Source: a bacterium (GTDB lineage Bacteria; Patescibacteriota; Patescibacteriia; PEXW01). From it: DNA of 50,006 nucleotides. Positions 41,216-48,291 of the stretch are shown here, piece after piece. Position 1 is the first letter of the stretch, and the number at the start of each line of letters is the position of its first letter. The notes below the pieces were generated by a model that saw only the letters and a list, made by a program, of their open reading frames with translations, ran no database searches and was not told the DNA's origin. A program made the translations under genes and the position numbers. Where the stretch lies: positions 1-50,006 of the forward strand of contig JAUYFT010000011.1 in assembly GCA_030689605.1 (NCBI GenBank). The letters run 5' to 3'.

Positions 41216-42706
41216 CTACTTAATCTTCTTGACAAGGAACAGTCGTGGATCAGGCATGTCGACGATTTCACCAGTCTCAGGTTTGAGCTTCTTGGAAATA
41301 GTCTCCTGCCGAACGCCATCGAGCTCGTGGTAGCCGCGGCTCTCGCGGTAGAGGTGTTGCGTCGCAGTGTTATCCACGGACGTGCGAACCACCACCGTGT
41401 CGAAACTATCCGGCAGCGCTTCGAGTCGCGCGTCAATGAGCTTATGGCTAAGATTGCGCCCACGATACGCTGGCGCCACGCCGAGCTCGGCCATGTAGTA
41501 GGACGACGCCACTGGTATGTACGCCGAAACATACGGGACGATATCCTCGTAGCGATCCACTGGAACCGCGCCACTGAAACCAACCACGGTGTCACCGTCC
41601 AACGCCAGGAACAGCAACCCTTGCGGGTCGGCAGCAATCTTGCGGAGGTCGGCAGCACCGTCTTCACTCTTGAAACGCTCGTTGTACGGAGGATCGTAGA
41701 ACACCCGAGCGTAGAGAGTACCGACAGCTTGCGCGTACGGCTCGAATGCCTCGGCCGAGGTAATGCGGTGAAGGCACACCGTATCGTCCAGCAAGCGATC
41801 GCCGACCTCCGCAGTGCCATCATCGTACAGCACTTCAATGGGACCGCTGATGCGCGCCCCAGCGAATTCCTTGCCGTCGTAGGCAACGGAAATGCTAATG
41901 GGTAAACCGCTCGGCTGCATCACCGAAAGGTTCACCGGGCCGCCGGCGTCAAGCGCGCACTTCACTCCTAACGCTGTTGTTCCCGTACCGCACGCTGTCT
42001 CGGCGTACATGGTGTTGGAATCCCGCACGAACACGTAGGGGTCAATAGCGTACTGACCATCGTGTTCCGTGTAGAAAATCACACCCGCCGCTTCGAGGTC
42101 GCGCAACTTCTCTTCGGTGAGAATCCGCTCAGCGTGCTGCATGCGTGCGTCGCGATTCAACCCCGCAATGCCGTCACTCTCCGGAATCAGCAGGTGGCTG
42201 ATGCCGTACAAGTGCACGAGCGTTGCGTCGAACGGCTTCCCGTTCACCGTGGGCTGGCGCTTCTCTGTGCAGGTCGCCTCAGGGCGCACAGGCATAGTGG
42301 CGAAGATGTCCAGGATGTGATTCTGGTCATCCAGCACGACTTCAGCATGGAGTACGCCATCGAAGCCCGAGACTTCCATTGGCACATCCAGACGATTCCA
42401 TGAACGCGTAATGTGCTCGAGGGCGAATGGATTCAATCCGACATCACCAGTAAGGAACGCCTTCGTGATGAGCATAACGGTTGATCGCGTGGCGTTGCCA
42501 CAGAACTCGCCACCCATCATCTGCAGGCGGCAAACCGTTTTGGGCAGCGTCGACAATTCCAAGTACCCTACCTGCTCGCCTTTCTCATCCTGCTTCAGGA
42601 TGACTTCTTTGGCGATTTCCCCGTGGTACTGCCGGGGAATCAGGTCGTGAACCAAGGCGGTATTGTTCCCGCCTGGTTTCACCATTGTGAAACGAATGAG
42701 ACCCAT
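41216..42706 (-). CDS. Fusion protein: N-terminal DapF-fold PLP-independent racemase/epimerase (CntK-like motifs) + C-terminal GNAT N-acyltransferase
   Basis: VKPGGNNTALV, MMGGEFCGNATRS (first catalytic Cys) and ETACGTGTTALG (second catalytic Cys) define the two-Cys DapF fold. The C-terminal ~170 aa (LLFLALDGDTVVGF...YYMAELGVAPAYRGRNLSHKLI) is a GNAT. SD GAAGGAGG precedes the ATG. Confidence 0.7.
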   Translation of the reverse strand: MGLIRFTMVKPGGNNTALVHDLIPRQYHGEIAKEVILKQDEKGEQVGYLELSTLPKTVCRLQMMGGEFCGNATRSTVMLITKAFLTGDVGLNPFALEHITRSWNRLDVPMEVSGFDGVLHAEVVLDDQNHILDIFATMPVRPEATCTEKRQPTVNGKPFDATLVHLYGISHLLIPESDGIAGLNRDARMQHAERILTEEKLRDLEAAGVIFYTEHDGQYAIDPYVFVRDSNTMYAETACGTGTTALGVKCALDAGGPVNLSVMQPSGLPISISVAYDGKEFAGARISGPIEVLYDDGTAEVGDRLLDDTVCLHRITSAEAFEPYAQAVGTLYARVFYDPPYNERFKSEDGAADLRKIAADPQGLLFLALDGDTVVGFSGAVPVDRYEDIVPYVSAYIPVASSYYMAELGVAPAYRGRNLSHKLIDARLEALPDSFDTVVVRTSVDNTATQHLYRESRGYHELDGVRQETISKKLKPETGEIVDMPDPRLFLVKKIK

Positions 42707-42945
42707 GGGTCCCTCCTTCGGGTTGCATGCATCGCGTACCCAATGTACGCGAAGCTTTCCGTTTTCAACGTACGTTTGGCATAAACGTCTGTTTCACCCA
42801 AGCCTAGCAGAGGGTCATGGGGTGTCAAACTCCTTCTCGTTTTGGAAATTTGCCAAAATGGAAACCCCATGGTAGGACAGTGAGGAAAAGCCAGCACTCA
42901 GCGGAGGGTTGGGAAATTGTCACTTTGAAAAAACAAGGAGAGAAC

Positions 42946-44187
42946 ATGCAGAAACTTACGGAGCCAGTGCTCCCATTGCTCCAGCAGCTCTGCGCGTTGC
43001 CATCATGGTTTGGAACTTTCAACGACCGTGCAGCCGACGAAGTTAGCTACGCGCAATTCGTTGAAGACTACCTCGCCACGCACGTGCCAACCCTCAAACT
43101 ATCCCGCGTACCACTCGAAGACGGTTCTGGACGGTACTCGGTTCTCGCGAAAACCCCTGGGCCAGACATTGAGCTCCTCGTTGCGGTGCACCTGGATACC
43201 GTGCTGCCTTCAACGCAGATCGATTCGTCTGGAGCATGGGTTGATAACTTCACTATCGGAGATCGGTATCACGATCAAACCTACCTCCGTTTAGGGGCAG
43301 CGGACAACAAAGGTGGTGCAGCGGCATTGCTCACTGCGCTTCAGAGCGTCACGCTGAAAAAGGTCGCTGCGCTTTTCTACGTCGATGAAGAGCGCTACTT
43401 CGCTGGCATGGAAGCGGTGCTCGCAGCCCAGCCATCCTGGGGTTGGAAACCGAAACGAGTGCTCATCATCGAGCCAACTGGTTTGGAAATTCGCAACACC
43501 CACCGTGGGTGCGTAGAATTCAAAGCCCGTGTTCAGGGCGCTTCTGCCCACGCGGCGTACCCAGAACTTGGCAAGCACGCATTCGAAGCATTCCTGAAGG
43601 CGTACACCGCTTTCAGGAATCGTATCGACAACGCTGACGCGGTGCGTCGATCCGTTCATCCGAACCAGCAACTCACGGCAGTGAACGTCGCGGGCATTAC
43701 CTGTGGCCAACGTGACGCCGACGCAATGGCGCTTCCGGGCAATGCGAAAACGAACTGCCTGACACCGGTACGGGTGGTACCGAACAAGAAAGCTGATTTC
43801 GTCGAGGTCGTATTCGATATCCGGCCTGGCGACCTAACGGCGAGTGCGAGCGACCTCACGAGACTCTTCACCGACTGTGTTGCAACGACGAATTGCACGG
43901 CCGACATTGTGAGCGTGGCGATCGATAAGGTTGGCATGAATACCAAGGCTATTGACTTCAGTGACCTTGGCGCAATTGTTGCCGACGTTACTGCTGCTAC
44001 ACCGAAATTCGCCTACATGAACGGCTACGGTGAAGGCGCAATGATCGCTCAACAGTGGGGCGTACCTGTTGCGTACTTTGGACCGAAGGGCGAAAACACG
44101 CATGAGTTTGGTGAGTGGGTGCTCATCCCATCACTGGATGTTGCGGCAGAGGCGTACGCTCGCTTGCTCTCGAGCTTCATCTCGTAA
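42946..44187 (+). CDS. M20-family metallo-amidohydrolase, copy 2 (divergently transcribed from the racemase-GNAT gene)
   Basis: VAVHLDTV, LGAADNKGG, YVDEERY, IIEPT and ..NTHEFGEWV. SD AAGGAGA precedes ATG 42946. Confidence 0.8.
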   Translation: MQKLTEPVLPLLQQLCALPSWFGTFNDRAADEVSYAQFVEDYLATHVPTLKLSRVPLEDGSGRYSVLAKTPGPDIELLVAVHLDTVLPSTQIDSSGAWVDNFTIGDRYHDQTYLRLGAADNKGGAAALLTALQSVTLKKVAALFYVDEERYFAGMEAVLAAQPSWGWKPKRVLIIEPTGLEIRNTHRGCVEFKARVQGASAHAAYPELGKHAFEAFLKAYTAFRNRIDNADAVRRSVHPNQQLTAVNVAGITCGQRDADAMALPGNAKTNCLTPVRVVPNKKADFVEVVFDIRPGDLTASASDLTRLFTDCVATTNCTADIVSVAIDKVGMNTKAIDFSDLGAIVADVTAATPKFAYMNGYGEGAMIAQQWGVPVAYFGPKGENTHEFGEWVLIPSLDVAAEAYARLLSSFIS

Positions 44188-44197
44188 TTTCATTCTT

Positions 44198-44229
44198 GGA
44201 CTGGCACGTACCGCCAGTCCTTTTTATTT
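44198..44229 (+). terminator. Intrinsic terminator GGACTGGC-N7-GCCAGTCC + TTTTTATTT
   Basis: 8-bp GC-rich stem plus T-run, 10 nt after the M20 stop. Near-identical to the terminator at 45094-45125. Confidence 0.75.
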
Positions 44230-44295
44230 GCCTTCTCACCGAGCAGCGAGTAAGCTGTTTATCGTTTCCAAGAACACCAACAGAGGAGGATACCT

Positions 44296-45087
44296 TTGAA
44301 AAGACCACGCTTGATCGTCTCCGACATCGATGGGGTAATGGCGATTGATGGGGAACTCGATGCGACAGTACTGCGTGCGCTGCACGCGCTCCAGAAACGT
44401 CGCGTGAAGTGCACGGTCGCTACAGGACGCGGGTACTTCCGGCTCCAGAAATGCCTGGGCAGTGCCTTCACCCCAAACTTTCCCATGATCCTGGAGAATG
44501 GGGGCAGGATATGCAAGGCCAATGGCAGCCCGCTGCTGGCTCGTCCAGTAGCGCCACGAACCTTCCCTATCGTCCGGAAGTTCATGTTCCCAAGGTACGT
44601 GCGGGGCGTAGACTTCTTCCAGCTCGAGGACAACAAGTACGTCGTCCTCGAGCACCCAGGAATGCAGACCTCCCCAGGGAAAGTATTCCTCGCCGAGAAG
44701 TTCGTTGCCGCGCGGTACGACAACGTCGATGCCTTCATGGCGCACGTCACCGCATCCCGCTGCTGCAAGCTCACGTTCTTCCCGAAGGATGAGAAAAAAA
44801 TCCCTTTCCCGAAGTGTGTGAATGCTTCTCGCAACGAGAGCTACGAGACAGTCATGCGTCGGCACGTGTCGAAGGGAGCGGCACTTCGCCAGCTCTGCGA
44901 AATGTCTGACATTCCCCTCTCCGAAACGCTCATTGCCGGCAACGACTACAACGACGTGAAGCTCTTCGAGCTCCCGGCGCGGTGGCGTATCGCCGTTGGG
45001 AATGACTGCCCTAAACTGCAAAAACGTGCCACCTGTGCAGTCGCGACGCCGACGGCATTCGGAGAGCTCTTGCAAACCTTCATCTAG
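44296..45087 (+). CDS. HAD-superfamily phosphatase, Cof/IIB type (TTG start)
   Basis: LIVSDIDGVM (motif I), VATGRG (motif II), IAGNDYNDVKLF (motif IV). SD GAGGAGGA lies 5 nt before TTG 44296. Confidence 0.8.
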   Translation: MKRPRLIVSDIDGVMAIDGELDATVLRALHALQKRRVKCTVATGRGYFRLQKCLGSAFTPNFPMILENGGRICKANGSPLLARPVAPRTFPIVRKFMFPRYVRGVDFFQLEDNKYVVLEHPGMQTSPGKVFLAEKFVAARYDNVDAFMAHVTASRCCKLTFFPKDEKKIPFPKCVNASRNESYETVMRRHVSKGAALRQLCEMSDIPLSETLIAGNDYNDVKLFELPARWRIAVGNDCPKLQKRATCAVATPTAFGELLQTFI

Positions 45088-45093
45088 CACCGA

Positions 45094-45125
45094 GGACTGG
45101 CCCGCTCGCCAGTCCTTTTCTATTT
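45094..45125 (+). terminator. Intrinsic terminator GGACTGGC-N6-GCCAGTCC + TTTTCTATTT
   Basis: Same stem sequence as the terminator at 44198-44229. It lies 6 nt after the HAD stop. Confidence 0.75.
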
Positions 45126-45216
45126 GACTAAACCCGGACTTCTGCTAGGATACCCCAAAGCTCGTTCCCAACCGAATACTAGGAAAACACGTGAATATAG
45201 TGAAAGGAGTCACCCC

Positions 45217-46614
45217 ATGGGTGCAGACAAGAAACTCATCAAGCCCACGCAGCCAAGTGGCGTGAACGACTACTTGCCGCAGGAAATGCTCCCGCGACAG
45301 AAGATGCTCGACGCCATTCGAACGGTCTTCGAACGCTTCGGCTTCGTCCCGCTCGAAACGTCATGCATGGAGCGTCTGGAAGTGCTCACTGGCGGCGATC
45401 CGTACTTCAAAAATGAAATCTACATCGCCCGCGGCACGTCCGAGCACATCCGCTCGCACGATGAGCACACGCGCGCGCTCCGCTTCGACCTCACCGTCCC
45501 GCTCGCACGCGTCGTTGCCGCGAACCCAGGCTTGCCCATGCCGTTCAAACGGTACCAGATGGGCAAAGTATTCCGTGGCGAGAAGGCACAGGCCGGACGC
45601 TACAACGAGTTCATGCAGTGCGACGTAGATACCGTCGGCACGTCCAGCATGGCCGCCGACGCGGAAATCGTCGCGATCATGTACGCGGTCATGCAGGCTC
45701 TCAAGGTGCCCAACGCCCGCACACGCGTGAACAACCGGAAGATTCTCAACGGCCTCTCGGCGTTCGCCGGTTTCTCAGCGGAGAAGAACGCTGACGTCCT
45801 GCGGGTCCTCGACCGGCAAGACAAGGTTGGCAAAACCAAAGTGCTCGACCTGCTCGAGAACGGCGATGCCACACTCGGCATCGAGAAGCTCCTCACCGTA
45901 GCCGAAGCGCAGCAAGTCGGGAAGTTCCTCGATCTCATCGCCGAGGGGAAAGAGCCGCTACTCGATGCAGTCGACGCGCTCATGGGGCACATCCCCATTG
46001 TCCGCGAAGGCACGCAGGAGCTCCGACAGGTCATCACGCACGTCCGGAACCTACGGGTACCGGAGTCGGCGTGGACGATCGATCTCTCCGTGGCGCGCGG
46101 CTTAGGTTACTACACTGGTCCGGTCTTCGAGACCATCAGCCTCGACCTCCCCAGCATTGGCAGCCTCTTCTCTGGTGGTCGGTATGACGACCTCGTCGCC
46201 CGATTCAGTCCGAACAGTTACCCTGCAACTGGAGCGTCAGTCGGTCTCGACCGGCTATTCACTGCGATGCAACAGCTCGGTTGTATTACGCCAGTAAGCA
46301 CCATGACGAACGTCGTCGTTGTGCCATTGGAAGATACGTCTGAAGTAAATGCAATGTGCGAGGAACTCGTCACGGAATTTCGTATGGCTGGTTTGAATGC
46401 TGAATTTCTCTTCACTTCTGGGACGGTGCGCGACCGTATTTCGCAAGCAGTGAAACGCGGTGCACCCCTAGGCGTACTTATTGGCTCTACAGAAGTCCAA
46501 AACCAATCACTCACTATTAAAGATTTCCGAACAAAAACACAGATAAATGTTCCCCTCCTTGGCACCCCGCCATGGAGTGGGGCTTTACAGGAAATCACAC
46601 GCATGCTAGGGTAA
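45217..46614 (+). CDS. hisS: Histidine--tRNA ligase (archaeal/eukaryote-like sequence type)
   Basis: RALRFDLTVPLAR, KRYQMGKVFRGEKAQAGRYNEFMQCDVD (motif 2), GGRYDDLV...ATGASVGLDRL (motif 3), and a C-terminal anticodon-binding domain. SD AAAGGAG precedes ATG 45217. Confidence 0.9.
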   Translation: MGADKKLIKPTQPSGVNDYLPQEMLPRQKMLDAIRTVFERFGFVPLETSCMERLEVLTGGDPYFKNEIYIARGTSEHIRSHDEHTRALRFDLTVPLARVVAANPGLPMPFKRYQMGKVFRGEKAQAGRYNEFMQCDVDTVGTSSMAADAEIVAIMYAVMQALKVPNARTRVNNRKILNGLSAFAGFSAEKNADVLRVLDRQDKVGKTKVLDLLENGDATLGIEKLLTVAEAQQVGKFLDLIAEGKEPLLDAVDALMGHIPIVREGTQELRQVITHVRNLRVPESAWTIDLSVARGLGYYTGPVFETISLDLPSIGSLFSGGRYDDLVARFSPNSYPATGASVGLDRLFTAMQQLGCITPVSTMTNVVVVPLEDTSEVNAMCEELVTEFRMAGLNAEFLFTSGTVRDRISQAVKRGAPLGVLIGSTEVQNQSLTIKDFRTKTQINVPLLGTPPWSGALQEITRMLG

Positions 46615-46631
46615 CTTACTAAAACAAAAGT

Positions 46632-46706
46632 GGGTACGTAGCTCAGCCCGGTTAGAGCATCTGACTGTGAATCAGAGGGTCGTGGGTTCAAATCCCATCG
46701 TACCCC
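46632..46706 (+). tRNA. tRNA-His (anticodon GTG at 46667-46669), discriminator C73, no genome-encoded G-1, CCA not encoded
   Basis: Hand-folded cloverleaf. Acceptor GGGTACG/CGTACCC, D arm GCTC/GAGC, anticodon stem TCTGA/TCAGA with loop CTGTGAA, T arm GTGGG-TTCAAAT-CCCAT. The base at -1 is T. Confidence 0.9.
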
Positions 46707-46718
46707 CAATCTTTTTTA

Positions 46719-46750
46719 GGGCCTGTACATCTGTACCGGTCCTTTTTTTA
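46719..46750 (+). terminator. Terminator-like hairpin GGCCTGTACA-TC-TGTACCGGTCC + T7 after tRNA-His
   Basis: Imperfect ~10-bp stem followed by TTTTTTT at 46743-46749. Confidence 0.55.
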
Positions 46751-47131
46751 TTTAACCCATATAAGTGCGGCCTTTGCACAAATCGTCACCGCATCGTACA
46801 GCGGCAGGGTAATATGCTCTTGCTGCAAGAAGAGCGGCAGTTCCGTGCAGCCGAGGACTATAGCTGAGGCGCCCTGCGACTGGAAGTCATTGCATATTGC
46901 TTGCAGCGCTTGCACATCAGCTGAGTTCTGCAGCCCTGCCATAACGTGCGTGATGACTTCGGTAATACTGTCTTGCTGTACCACTGTTAGGCTAATCGGT
47001 ACGGCACCCTGACCTTTCAGAGCGTCCACGTACAAGCCAGACTTCGCCGTCGTTTCAGAAGAGAGGACGCCAACCGTTGCATGACCAAAAGCCGCATGTC
47101 GAATTTTTCTACCGCTTCCTGTAATATTTAT
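46748..47131 (-). pseudogene. Aspartate/glutamate racemase family gene, 5'-truncated (C-terminal ~125 codons remain)
   Basis: Open frame ..HATVGVLSSETTAKSGLYVDALKGQG...ASAIVLGCTELPLFL carries the second-Cys GCTE motif. The N-terminal half with the first catalytic Cys is missing. The frame is closed by a stop at 47132-47134, where the sequence turns AT-rich. Confidence 0.6.
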
Positions 47132-47245
47132 TCAAAAAAATAAATTATAATCTTCATCGTCATTAAAAATCTGTACTCGAGCATTCGCTCTATTAAAAAT
47201 ATGATACACTTTCCCGCCAACATCCGTCCTTGTTACTCTTGACAC
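47132..47245 (-). mobile_element. Relic (37 codons) of an IS200/RayT-type Y1 (HUH) transposase N-terminus
   Basis: VSRVTRTDVGGKVYHIFNRANARVQIFNDDEDYNLFF* matches the conserved start of Y1_Tnp proteins (..g.YHv.nRgn.r..iF.dd.Dy..f). It terminates prematurely. Confidence 0.5.
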
Positions 47246-47301
47246 AAATTCATCGTATCATAAACCAAAATTCAAATAAATGGTGGCTGACCCCATTTTC
47301 T

Positions 47302-47921
47302 CTAAATTTTATTTTCCGATTTTATAATTGTCCAAACATCTTCGCCAATTTGATCTGGTTTTTTTGCTAAAATTGTTTTCATCCCCAATTTTTCAGCTGG
47401 TAAAAGATTATTCTCATTGTCATCGATAAATATACACTCGCCCGGTAGTACGAGAAGATCTTTGACAGCCAACTCATAAAATTCTTTTTGCGGTTTTACA
47501 AAACCAACTTCGCAGGACAAATAAACTTTATCGAAATAATCATAGCCATTACGTTCACGAGTAATATCGGCCATATAAGGGAAAGTGTCCGATAAAACTG
47601 CTGTAACATACCCATTGGTTTTCAAATTTTTAAGCATATTAACAACCTCTTCATAAAGTTCGAAATGTTCATTAAATAATTTGCGAGCCAGCTCCTTCAC
47701 ATTTACCGGCATTGATTTATTTATACGTTGCGAAAATTTCAACCAGAAACTATCTTCATTCAATAAACCCTTATCGAATTGTTCAAAAAGATCGCGAGTC
47801 ATTTTTTTGCATCTTCTTTTTCTTCCGCAGATAGACTAAATATTGACTCTACATCATCAAAAAAATACTTATTTATTGCTTTAACCACCCCATTATAATC
47901 AAATATAATTGCTTTTATCAT
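47302..47921 (-). pseudogene. HAD-IA hydrolase split by a frameshift in an A-run (N-terminal 40 codons 47921-47799, remainder 47802-47302)
   Basis: Hand translation upstream of the listed ORF gives MIKAIIFDYNGVVKAINKYFFDDVESIFSLSAEEKEDAKK* (HAD motif I) in another frame. The two frames meet at GCAAAAAAATG (47800-47810). The downstream part has VLSDT and FIDDNENN motifs. Confidence 0.6.
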
Positions 47922-47959
47922 AATAATAATTATAATTATTCTTTTGTATTGTAATTATA

Positions 47960-48236
47960 TTAATACTCTTTACATTTTTTAAGACAACTAATTATTTTAT
48001 CATTTTGTTCCGGTTTTCCAATCGTCAATCTCAGGGAATTTTCTTCTTCATAATATCGAGGGAATATTCGACATTGCTCTAAATAATTCTTCATTTTTGA
48101 AAGACTTCCATTTACCTTTATAAATAAAAATGTCTTCATATTCAAAAAAGGGAATATAAAAACAATTTTCAATCAGCCTGCCGATATAAGATTTACCTGC
48201 AGCTATCGCACCGACCAAAACAAATACGTCCTTCAT
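47960..48236 (-). pseudogene. Two overlapping gene fragments: a P-loop NTPase N-terminus (48236-48048) and a class II aminotransferase-like C-terminus (48172-47960)
   Basis: MKDVFVLVGAIAAGKSYIG (Walker A), preceded by SD AGGAGG. The other frame ends ..NSLRLTIGKPEQNDKIISCLKK, resembling HisC/CobD-type C-termini. Neither is full length. Confidence 0.4.
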
Positions 48237-48291
48237 TACAACCTCCTGTAAATATACAGTCTTTAGATTTATCGAGTTTTCAGAGAGTCGT

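Noticed and set aside
44236-45090. A 284-aa minus-strand ORF spanning the whole HAD phosphatase locus.
   Set aside because: It is the antisense shadow of the plus-strand gene. The plus-strand gene has clear HAD motifs (DIDGV, TGRG, GNDYND), an SD and a terminator. The minus-strand product has no recognisable motifs and a biased composition.
46218-46709. A 163-aa minus-strand ORF overlapping the end of hisS and the whole tRNA-His.
   Set aside because: It overlaps a well-folded tRNA and the hisS coding region, with no supporting motif or RBS.
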